This document shows positions 51,038 to 61,844 of a DNA stretch of 64,000 nt, in pieces. Each line of letters starts with the position of its first letter. The first letter of the stretch is position 1. The translations under genes were made by a program, and so were the position numbers. The stretch comes from Pristiophorus japonicus (lineage: Eukaryota): contig NC_091984.1 of NCBI RefSeq assembly GCF_044704955.1, positions 123,318,001-123,382,000 of the forward strand, read 5' to 3'. The notes under the pieces are model-generated. The model worked only from the letters and a program-made list of their open reading frames with translations. It was not told the origin of the DNA and did no database searches.

Positions 51038-51704
51038 AAGGACAAGGGCACAGGCACATGGGAACACCACCACCTCCATGATTCCCTCCAAGTGACACCA
51101 CGCCAACTTGGACACATTTTGTCATTCCTTCAGTCACTGGGCCAAATTCTCAAACCTACCACCCAACAGCACTGTGGGAGTACCTTCACCACAGATTGCA
51201 ATGGTTCAAGGTGGCTCACCACCCCCTTCTCAAGGACAACTAGGGATGAGCAATAAAATGCTGGCCTTACCAGGAACACCTACATTCAGAGAATTATTTA
51301 AAATAAAACACATGGTCTTATTACCCAGACAGGAAAGATTTATATTTACACAGCATCTTATTGCATCCTCAGAAATATCCTGCATCACATAATTTGTTTG
51401 TAGTTATGTGACTTATGTAGGCAAAAGTGCACCCATTTCCCAGCAGTCTGTTGAGGGAGGTATGTTGGAACGTCTTGCTTTCCCTTTCAACTATTACAAG
51501 ATCATAAACCTTCATTTAAAGGACTACATTGCCAACCATGCAGCACTCCATTGCATCATCTGCCTAGATTATATACTGAAGACCTACAGTTAAGAAACTA
51601 TAAATTTCTTACTTCAATTGAGCCAAGTGGGCACTGGCTGACTATTTAAATAGAACAGGATATAGCTGTTTATAAATTGTATTTCACCCTGTTCTGACCA
51701 ACAG

Positions 51705-52030
51705 TTAGCTGTAGCTCAGTGGTCGCACTCTTGCTTCTGGGTCAAAAGGCTGTGGGTTCAAGTCCCACTCGAGACTGGAGCACAAAAACTCTAGGCTGAC
51801 AATGCATTATGGAGTGAGCGCTGCATTGTCAGAGACACTGTCTTTTGGATGGGATGTTAAATCAAGGTCCTATCTATCCTTTCAGGTGGATGCAAGAAAT
51901 CCCATGGCACTATGTGAAGAACAGGGGCGTTCTCCCCCTGTGTCCTGGCCAACATTTATCCTTCAACCAGCACCTAAAAACAAATCACCTGGTCATTATC
52001 TCGACACTGCTTGTAGGACTTTGCTGGGAA
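51705..52030 (+). mobile_element. Deu-domain SINE
   Basis: gctgtagctcagtggtcgc..gggttcaagtcccactc head, Deu core aggtggatgcaagaaatcccatggcactat..gtgtcctggccaacatttatcc. Confidence 0.75.
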
Positions 52031-53127
52031 ACTAGGTCTGTATCTCTGTTTTCACTGGGAATACTAAAAACAATTCCATACAAAAGTACAAAGGCTATAA
52101 GAAAGATGTCGCAAAGTTTTTGAAAACAGGAAGATTGTAGAAAAAGTTAAATTTTTCTACTCAAATACACAAGTAATGTCAAAAATGAAGATAACCATGA
52201 CACACGTACATAGGATGAAGTCAGTCAGCAGTGTTTGTTTGGAGGGGTGTTTCCAGGGACTGATGTGCAACACACAAAGCCAAGTGTCCATTGCCAATTA
52301 GTTTTCTGTAAACATCGCATATGGGGAAATTATTTGAATCGGTTTAAAACCAGCTCTTTGATCAAGCTTTTGGTCACCTGCCCTAATTTCTCCTTATGGG
52401 GCTCGGACCTTTTTTGTCTCAATACTCGCGTGAAGCACCTTGGGACATTTCACTACGTTGAAGGTGCTATATAAATACAAGTTGCTGTTTTTACTCTGTG
52501 GCTCAGGGCAAGGGAGAGGGGGAGGAAAGTGCATTGGCATCATATGCAATTTTACAGTAAGGGCACAGCATGTCAAGTCTCACCTCCTGCTGATGGATGG
52601 GAACCAGCATTGAAGGTCATGATGCCCAACAGAAAACTGGCTATGGGGAAGGCTTGATGGACCAACTGGTCTTTTCTGGTCACTCAGTTCTTTATGTGCA
52701 GATACTCCAAGATAATTAATGTAGTTTTAAGTGTTGTATTTGAACAGACGATAGGAGGTCATAGCTTATTGCAGCAATTGACTGACAAGTCTTTGTTCCC
52801 TTAATTCAGGAGGGTTTGTAACATTTGCTGAACTGAAGTCAAATTGGAGAATCATAAGGCTTTCATCTTCACTTTTCAACGAGTGTAAACATGAACATAA
52901 TATTTTACAAAATGTCTTTGTCAGTATGTAATGTTGGCTCCAATGGCAGAATAATCTGTTAGCTGGATTTACTTTTGATTTGTGGAAAGCTATGGTGCCA
53001 AGAGGAAATTAGTGACCTAGTTTGATGCTCCTCGGAATGTAAACAGAATTTATTACAACCAGAAAGAAACAGATGATAAAAGTCAGAAAACCATAGGATC
53101 CATAAATTCAATGCACTCTCACCTTAC

Positions 53128-53198
53128 CCAATACATCACTTCAATAGAATTCAGCAGTGATGTCATTACCGATACAAGGACTAGCAGCCATCCCAATT
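53128..53198 (-). CDS. unnamed membrane-protein gene, internal exon ((E)LGWLLVLVSVMTSLLNSIEVMYW)
   Basis: strong acceptor tctttccttttgtgtgcttcag, donor TGG|gtaagg, only one open frame and it is hydrophobic. Confidence 0.75.
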
Positions 53199-53589
53199 CT
53201 GAAGCACACAAAAGGAAAGAGGACTCCTCTTATATGGTCATCTTCATTCATCAAACGATATAGGATTACAGTGTGACTTGATGGGTTCTGGGCAAACCAT
53301 TGTGCAGAGTAAACATGTATGATTGTAATTGTGACATTACAGATAGGCAGTGCCATATGTCTCTTATTTCAGTATTGTATATAAAGCCCCAGGGCCTTAC
53401 ATCAGTCTGTTTTGATACAAAGCCAATGTAAAACTAAACAAGCACTTATTCCAGAATATAGAGGGCATCAGATGATAGGATAAAAGCATCTAGTACACCA
53501 CTGTACAAAAGCATCTTCAGAGCTTGAAACAAAATGAACAGATGCCACAATCAATAAGCTCAAATGATTGTACATTTCCAGAATTTTTT

Positions 53590-53975
53590 TTTCAATTCAT
53601 TCCAGGATGTGGGTGTTGTTGGCAAGGCCAGTATTTATTGCCCATCCCAAATTGTCTGAGAAGATGGTGGTGAACCACCCATCTTGAACTGCTGCAATCC
53701 ATGTGGTGAAGGCACGCCCAGTGCCATTAGAGGGAGTTCAGGATTTTGATCCAGCGACATATTTCCAAGTCAGGATGATGTGCAACTTGGAGGAGAACTT
53801 ATAGGTGATGGCATTCCCATGCGCCTGCTGCCCTTGACCTTCTCAGTGGTAGAGGTTATGGGGTAGAGAGGTGCTGCAGAAGGCTTGGTGAGTTGTAGAT
53901 GGTACACACTGCAGCCATGGTGTGCCAGTGATGGAGGGAGTGAATGTTGAAGGTACCAGTCCAACTGCCCTCCCA
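53590..53975 (-). mobile_element. CR1-group LINE 3' fragment (tail shared with the SINE at 44236)
   Basis: ggatgtgggtgttgttggcaaggccagtatttattgcccatccc; homologous to 50085-50156 + 51043-51300. Confidence 0.65.
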
Positions 53976-54340
53976 CTAAACATCGTCATTTCTTTAAATT
54001 AATCCAAAAAAAAAGTGTTGTATACTGGTTGAAAACCATGCACAATCTCCTAGCAACAAAAGCATTGTTCCAATGAGTAAATGGCATGATTTCTAATCAA
54101 CTGCTTTGAGTTAGTTCTCAGCTCTAAAATTTCTATTCACCATTTAAACTGAAGTTAGCACTTGTGTCCAGTTGAGTTTCTTCAGTCATAAAATTAAATA
54201 TACTTTACACTTTCTTCAGCAATTTACATCCCTTGACTATATAAAAAGACTCTGAATATAGATCCCTATACAAACACTTTGTGGTATCTTGAGGTCTCCT
54301 TTCAAACTTCATAATTTACATTTTATTAAGTACAGCATAC

Positions 54341-54399
54341 CACAGATACAAAGCTGCATCAGAGAGTGAGGAGTGTATTTTCTGGTGGACTTAATGATC
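54341..54399 (-). CDS. unnamed membrane-protein gene, internal exon ((R)IIKSTRKYTPHSLMQLCIC/E)
   Basis: acceptor tttattcctttag, donor GTG|gtatgc; phases 2 and 1 fit both neighbours. Confidence 0.7.
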
Positions 54400-54811
54400 C
54401 TAAAGGAATAAATCCTCTAAAGCAGCAACTAGATAACCATGACAGCATTCAATACTAACAAGGAACAAGTGATAACATAATTAATAAACCACAAGTAGAA
54501 ACTGGGCAAAAATGCAGGGAAGGCAACTAATGACAAATATCACATTAGGGAGAAATCAAAACTAGGGCAATATCCTCAGTCCCTGGGGAGCATGAACAGA
54601 GAAGGGTCTCAGTTAAAATATGGGTATAATTTTGCTTTTTAAAAAAATGTAACTGAAGATAGATTTGATCGATGTGTTCAAAATCATGGGGTCTAGAAAG
54701 TAGAGAGAAAATGTTCCCATCAAGAGCCAGGGGACACAGATTTAAGGTGATTGGCAGAAAAACCAAAAGGCGACATGACGAAAAAAATAATGTTGCAGTG
54801 AATGGTTATCA

Positions 54812-55765
54812 AAGGCAGTCCCTCGAAATCGAGGAAGATTTGCTTCCACTCAGTTCTTAGGTGACTGAGCAGTCCAATATGGGAATTACAGTCTCTGTCA
54901 CAGGTGGGACAGAGTCGTTAAAGGAAAGGGTAGGTGGGGAATCTGGTTTACCGCATACGCCTTCCGCTGCCTGCGCTTGTTTTCTGCGACGAGACTCCCA
55001 GATGCTCTTCCTCCACTTACAGCAGTCTTTGGCCAGGGACTCCCAGGTGTCAGTGGAGATGTTGTATTTTATCAAGGCGGCTTTGAGGGTGCCCTTGAAA
55101 CATTTCCTCTGCCCACCTAGAGCTCGCTTGCCGTGTAGGAGTTCCAAGTAGAGCACTTGCTTTGGGAGTCTCGTGTCAGGTATGCAAACAATGTGGCCCG
55201 CCCAATGGAGTTGGTCGAGTGTGGTCAGTGCTTTGATGCTGGCCTGATCGAGAACACTAACGTTGGTGCATCTGTCCTCCCAGGATCTTGAAGACGTCGC
55301 TGGTGATATTTCTCCAGCGATTTGAGGTGTCTACTGTATATGGTCCAGGTCTCAGCCATACAGGAGGGCGGGTATCACTACAGCCCTGTAGACCATAAGC
55401 TTGGTGCCAGATTTGAGAGCCTGATCTTCGAACACTCTCAGGAGGCCGAAGGCTGCGCTGGCGCACTGGAGGCTGTGTTGAAACTAGTCGTCGATGTTTG
55501 CCTTTGCTGATAATAGGCTCCCGAGGTATGGAAAGTGGTCCACGTTGTTCAGGGCTGCGCCGTGGATCTTCATGGATTTGGGGTAGGGCAGTGCTGTGTG
55601 GCAGGGTCAGGTTGGAGGAGAACATTTGTCTTACGGATGTTTCATGTAAGGCCCATGCTTGCATACGTCTCGGTGAAGATGTTAACTACGACTTGGAGTT
55701 CAGCCTCTGAATGTGCGCAGAGGCAAGCGTCATCCGCGTTTTGTAGCTCAACGACAGAGGATGTG
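54812..55765 (-). mobile_element. RTE LINE 3' fragment inserted in a CR1 3' fragment (54650-55965)
   Basis: ELLHGKRALGGQRKCFKGTLKAALIKYNISTDTWESLA; terminal ggcagtccctcgaaatcgagga. Confidence 0.85.
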
Positions 55766-56964
55766 TTATGATCTGGAAATCATTGCCTAAAAAAAAGTGT
55801 GGTGGAGGCAGATTCAATCACGGCTTTTAAAAAAAGGTAATTGGATAAGTACCTCAAGAAAATAAATTGCAGGGCTACGGGGAAAGGACGAGGAAGTGCT
55901 CTTGAAGAGCTGGCACAGGCTGGTCAGGCTGAATGGCATCATGTTGTGTTGTAACCATTCTATGAAAATACTTTAGTTCATTAAATCATTGAAAGGGTGG
56001 CAAATTGTCCTGTGTTACAGCTACAGCATTAAAGTCTGCACCAACTTCCGCTCCTCCCCATACAAATTGGCAACCGATATTATTCGCAGCTATTGTGCAA
56101 AGCCATTCACCAGCTTCAACAATGAGGGTTCTTCAGCTACCCAACACATGGTCACATGGCTGGCATCCCATGCTGATCTTCTGTGCAAATCTTCAGAATG
56201 ACTGGTGGAAGAAGCCAACTGCTGCCCACCATCAACCTTTGTTCGAATAATTGGCACAACTGCAGTCAGATTCCCCGAGCACGCAACTCCGTGCCTGGCT
56301 GTGTCCCTAGAAAAATGCACACCAAGCAAATTCAGCTGAACTGGGAAATGATTCACTCCTGGCAGTAATAGTCAGCTTCAATACAGCCCTCAGCTCTCAA
56401 TACAAAGCCAAAAAGCTGATTGCATACTTGCCCTCTATTGAAGCCATGCAACCACATCCACATTCTTCTTTTGGGAAATAAGCGTATCAAAAACAATGTT
56501 ATTTTGTGCACAACACAATACACAAGAAGTTTCTGAATCCCCGCCAACCCCATTCTAATGAATGGAATTACCATTGCACAAATCAGTTCGAAGAGAGACA
56601 ATTAGTGGTATCTTGGGTACTATTCTAAAGCAAGATTTTAATACATATGCGCACAGATTGCCCATATGGATTCTCATACTAAATCGTTGTTTCATTCTAC
56701 GCAATGCGTAATGGACGAGCGTTTCTGCAGGATTTCAACCCAGATAACAGCAGAATCTGGACAGAATGAAATTTAACAGCGCAAACGATCGTGGAATTCA
56801 AAGTGCAAATGTGTTGCGGCCATCGCCACTTTACACTGGAGTTTCCCCGATCTTTTACACTGTTTTAAAATAAAATTAAACCTCTTCCAAGCAAATGGGC
56901 ACCAAAAGCAATTGGAAATCCTCACTGTGCCCAGAGGATTCTTGCATCTGCTCGTACAACCCAG

Positions 56965-56976
56965 TTATATATAAAA

Positions 56977-57020
<44 letters not shown>
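56965..57020. repeat. (TA)n(CA)n microsatellite
   Basis: direct reading. Confidence 0.95.
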
Positions 57021-57025
<5 letters not shown>

Positions 57026-57039
57026 CCCAGCAGAGCTGA

Positions 57040-57315
57040 GGGCCCAGCAAACACTGCGATCTGTGCGCACTAGGTCCGTGCAGAACAGGTCTCCAGTCGT
57101 CTTGGTTAATCCTTGCCACTGGACCAAGATCTAGCTCGGTCAAGCCTGGTGGTGCAACGGCCACCACACGTTAAAAACCACAGGCATCTTCTTCCCTTCA
57201 ACATGCAGTTCAGGTCTTGGAATATTAGCTCCTTCATTGAAACACCTGTGACCTCATCCCTTTTTGGCATGGAAGCAAGTTATTCTTGCTTTGAGGGGCT
57301 GCCTATGACGATGTT
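57040..57315 (+). mobile_element. short RTE-related element (RTE-type 3' end)
   Basis: ends tggaagcaagttattcttgctttgaggggctgcctatgacgatg, the reverse complement of the RTE terminus at 54812-54850. Confidence 0.55.
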
Positions 57316-59816
57316 TCATATACACAGCCATTTATGGAGCAGCTGGTGGATTTTAGTTTTTCCAGATTAAAACAACTTTTTAAAAAAAAAAGTGCGAAAT
57401 CAGAAGGCACCCAGCCCCCCTCAAAAGGGTTATAAAATATTAAAGTTGGAGTGTTTTAACCCAAAATTCATGCCCCTGACTGCAGTGTAGGTTTGCTCTT
57501 CTTTCCTATTGAGCATGCTTCCAACATCAGGATGTTAGAGGTTCACGGGACTTGAAAGGCAGCTTCCGACAGATTGGTATTTGTAGACACTACATTGGAT
57601 CAGTCTTGCTGATCCCCTAACTTTCAGCAGAGGAAGTGGAAAAAGGGGGTCGGAGTGGTCTATCAGCTCAAGACGGCTCTCCACCATCTACTGCAGGGCA
57701 GTTAGGGATGGGCAACAAATGCTGGCCTTGCCAGTTATGTCCACATCCTGTGAATGAAGAAAAATCTCCAGACCCGAGAGTAACACACAGTGCTCGCTGA
57801 GTGTAATATTAATGCAGAGCCAACTTTGTTAGATGGCACAGACTCCTCAGTAGCAGTGAGGAGCTCCAATGTGGATTTCCTACCAGGAGAAACCAGATTG
57901 CAGTCTGTAAACAAAATATAAATCACAAGGGATGCTCAAGGAAACAAATGCTTATAATAGGATACAATGAATTATCTAAAGTTAAACAATTTGTCTGCAT
58001 ACAATCATCAAAGGTCATTAATTTTTGAATGACAAACAGATCATAGTGCATTAAACAACTGCATTCAGTGCAGCCTGTGGCAGAGTTACAGATTAATGCC
58101 CTCCCTCAAAAAGAAAATGTATGCGTAAAACAGTTCTAAAAAAAAAAAAAGAGAAATGGAAATTTGTATTATGCTACATTTAGTTTAAATATAAAAGATA
58201 AAACTTTGGCCAACAAAGAAAAGTAGTGTAAATTGGAAGTTAATTGCCCAGCCTTCACGAGAAAAAATCAGGCAAATGTTGAGATGGGAAAGTGAGCACA
58301 TTTGCACTCAAAATATTTAATCCTAGATTAGCCTTATTCGTGTGACACTCTCCCCTAATTGCATCATTATAGTCACCAGTATTTCACCCTGATATTACAC
58401 AGCTCAAAACACATCTGGGTGGATACTTTAAAAAAACATTTATTTTATTGTTGGCTATCCTCTTCCCTTCACCCACAGGTTGAACGGGCACTTAATGATT
58501 CTTGTTCCACTATTACATTGTCAAAATCCTTGCGGAAAAGACCACGCATCCACCAACAGGCCACAAACTCCACGGTGCATCTGGTGCACTGTCAAACTTT
58601 ACAAATTATTGCTTTGGGGAATAAAAACAGCAATCAACTTTACGAGCTGCTGTACACAGGAAGAAAGATTGCATGCAGCACCCTTTGGAAATGTGAGCAG
58701 TGATCTGAAACAAGGCTTTCCTTCCATCAGTCTCAGGATTTTCCTCAGTCACTTCCACATCTTTCATTTGAAAAGTGGAGTTGCGGTTCATCAGTAATTT
58801 CTACTGGTCAAGTGTGGCTGCAGTGACAATATTTTAGTCAAAAACATCTCACATGCACTCAGTACCTGTGTATAAATTAAATAATCGATCACCATTCGGT
58901 AACCAAGGAAATAAAGCACTCAATCTTAAAACACTTGCAATAAACTGCTTTCCATCTTGCCAATAAATGTACAAAAAAAAAAGTAAAGTTCTCACGCTGT
59001 GAGAATACAAGTATTGAGGTCACATACCTTGTGACTATTTCTCATTATTTATTTACTAATCAGACATACAGTTAGCCACATCTAGGCTTCCAATTCACCA
59101 CATGTGGCCAGTGACTAATGTATTGCACAACATTGATTTAAAGTAACTGGACCACACACAGTCTGTATTTCACTGTAGGAAGCAGATGTTTCAGTCTGTC
59201 CTATCACAACTGGCTTGGCTTGCTGTAGTCAATCCAGTCAGCAACTGGACACTAATTCTCAGCTCCTTATATCACTCTACTGCCTTGTGGAAATGAGGCA
59301 AGTGACTGACCAAGAAACACACATTTTAATACATGCCTGAACAAACAGACTATAACTAAATACTTCAGACCACATGAAATTAACAACAAACTGTGAACAT
59401 GTGCAACAAGGTTGGTCAAATGTCACCTATTTTACAGAGCAGGATTCAATTTGAAGCATAAGCACATGGCCCAAGATGAGAGATTGAATGCTCTTGGGAG
59501 TTGGACATGCAGCTCCTCGCTAATGAAATGCTGAAACAAAAACAAACATTCTGGAATTGTTTTCCCACACCGGAGTAGGTGTGGCTGTTGTCAAAACAAC
59601 CAAGGAGGTTAAAAGTCACTTTGCAGATGTTCGAGAAGATTCGGTCATCTGTCATGAGCAATGGACAGATCATAATGGCTCCCGAGCCTCCTGACCCAGA
59701 CATTTCAGGCAACAGAAATTTAGCACCAGTCTCCTATTACAGCAACAAAAAACACAGCCAACCACACACATTAACTGGATAGATAAACCAGGAAACTTAA
59801 CAGCTCAATAGAATAC

Positions 59817-59890
59817 CTTGGGTAACAGTAGCTTTGATTTGGAATGCCTTTTGAATTTACAAAACATTGTTCACAATTCAATACTGGATT
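59817..59890 (-). CDS. unnamed membrane-protein gene, internal exon (NPVLNCEQCFVNSKGIPNQSYCYP/R)
   Basis: strong acceptor tctttgtttttgttttcag, donor AAG|gtattc, only frame 0 open. Confidence 0.7.
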
Positions 59891-60370
59891 CTGAAAACAA
59901 AAACAAAGACTGAAAATCAGGTATGTGACAGAGTTTAGTCCATGAGGGAATATATTCACTAGAAATAATTAAAAATTACTTTTTCCTCCCCTGCTGAAGG
60001 TGTTTTGATTGCTCGGTGTGATACAGCTCCACAGGGACCAATCAGTCTCTACCTTCAGCCATTATGCATGGGTGACCTTGAACAGTGGAGGGTCAGCAGG
60101 CCCAACAGGGATCCCTGGACAAAATAGGTTTACTGAACAATTCCCCACTCCCTATCAGAGATGCCGAGGCCAATTCTTGCACTTGCATTGCCATTCCAGT
60201 GGACAGCAGCTAACTCATTAGACATGGGGCCTTTGCAGTCTGTATAGCTACTTTCTCCCACCCTCTCTTACACTGAAGTGCCTTGGGTCATTTCACTACA
60301 TTAGTAGTTGTTGTTCACTGGTAATCATCCCGAGGCAGAGGCATGGGTGGAAACATTGTCGCATTTAAAA

Positions 60371-60374
<4 letters not shown>

Positions 60375-60433
<59 letters not shown>
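60375..60433. repeat. (GA)n microsatellite at the tail of a SINE
   Basis: direct reading. Confidence 0.95.
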
Positions 60434-60435
<2 letters not shown>

Positions 60436-60437
60436 GA

Positions 60438-60720
60438 GAACTTGCATTTATAAAATCGGCATTTATTATATCAGGATGTCCCAAAGCACTTTTACAGCCA
60501 ACATTTTATTTTTTTGAAGTCACTAAATGTAGGAAACACGGCAGCCAATTCGCACACAGCAAGTTCCCACAAACAGCAATGAAATAATGGCTGGTTCATA
60601 TGATTTTGAGATGTTGGTTGAGGGATAAACAAACACAGTCCAGGACACAACAAGAAACTCTCCCTGCTTTCCTTCAACTAGTGCCGTGGAATCTTTTACG
60701 CCTTCCTGAGGGGACCAGAC
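60438..60720 (-). mobile_element. Deu-domain SINE 3' part
   Basis: aacttgcatttata..tcaggatgtcccaaagcacttttacagcca..aatgtaggaaacacggcagccaatt..gatgttggttgagggataaa. Confidence 0.75.
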
Positions 60721-61178
60721 GAAAGGGAACTATAAACCACAGGAGCATGAAAGCAACAGCATCAATGTGAATTAGAGAAACAGAAAACTTATGATTCTAC
60801 ACCCCAACTCCTGCCTGAAAAGTGGCAATAGATTAGTGCACGATTGGTGGTATGGAGAGAACAAGTATCAGTGCATCTCTGGAATGAGTGACCCCAGAGG
60901 AGCAACCCGATTGAAAGGCAGGAACATTGTAAGAGTTGGAGTGGATAGATTCTACAGCAGCCAACAGACTTGCCAAGTAGAAGACTGCAGGAGCAAGACA
61001 TTTGCGACTAATCAGATAGGTGATTCATCTCCCGACTCAATGGCTAGATTCTTTTAAGGCTGTGTAATTACTGTAATAATGTGCATTAGAGTCTTCAGGT
61101 AGGTGTTTTCTCCCCCTCCCCCCAATAAACTTAAAACACAACATAAAAAAAGAGTAGAGTCCTTTATTCTGAACTTAC

Positions 61179-61231
61179 TTCTCTACTTTCAACTGACGTA
61201 GCCCAATAACCAGCTGTTTGATGTTTATATG
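61179..61231 (-). CDS. unnamed membrane-protein gene, most 5' exon found (xYKHQTAGYWATSVESRE)
   Basis: consensus donor GAA|gtaagt, acceptor tttcccatgctcatcgcag, phase 0 joins the 59890 exon; upstream exons presumably lie beyond the window. Confidence 0.6.
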
Positions 61232-61339
61232 CTGCGATGAGCATGGGAAATTGCACACACATACACACCACACAATTTGTACAGCTCAATGAGGTACTGG
61301 CGCCACCTAGAGCTACTTCTTGGGCATGTTAGTGTCTGT

Positions 61340-61840
61340 TGCACTGGGAAACCCAGTCTTCAAAACTCAAAGGGTGGGTGGGTAGCCTGGTTTGCCGTCC
61401 GCTCCTTCCGCTGTGTGCATTTGGTTTCTGCATGCTCTCGGCAATGAGACTACAAGTGCTCAGCGCACTCCCGGCTGCTCTTCCTCCACTTAGGGTGTTC
61501 TTGGGCCAGGGATTCCCAGGTGCTGGTGGGGATATTACACTTTATCAAGGCGGCTTTGAGGGTGTCCTTGAAATGTTTCCTCTGCCCACCTGGAGGCTCG
61601 CTTGCTGTGTAGGAGTTCAGAGTAGAGCGCTTGCTTTGAGAGTCTCGTGTCAGGCATGTGGACGATGTGGCCCACCCAACAGAGCTGGTCGAGTGTAGAC
61701 AGTGCTTTGATGCTGGGGATGTTGGCCTGAGCAAGAACACTGTCTACCCTTCCAGTGGATTTGCAGGATCTTGGAAGCAGCTACTGTGTATGATCCACAT
61801 CTCAGCTATATAAAAGAGGGCGGGTACCACTACTGTACTC
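61340..61840 (-). mobile_element. RTE LINE fragment
   Basis: PGGQRKHFKDTLKAALIKCNIPTSTWESLAQEHPKWRKS; paralogous to 54812-55765. Confidence 0.85.
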
Positions 61841-61844
61841 ATAC

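Noticed and set aside
51705-51780. tRNA-like sequences (also near 140-190 and 44236-44330)
   Set aside because: They are SINE heads continuing into SINE bodies; no cloverleaf, so not called as tRNA genes.
56090-56356. Possible extra exon of the minus-strand gene (acceptor catttttctag near 56308, open frame DTARHGVACSG...)
   Set aside because: No phase-2 donor found to rejoin the 54399 exon, and the model is complete without it; could be revisited with RNA-seq.
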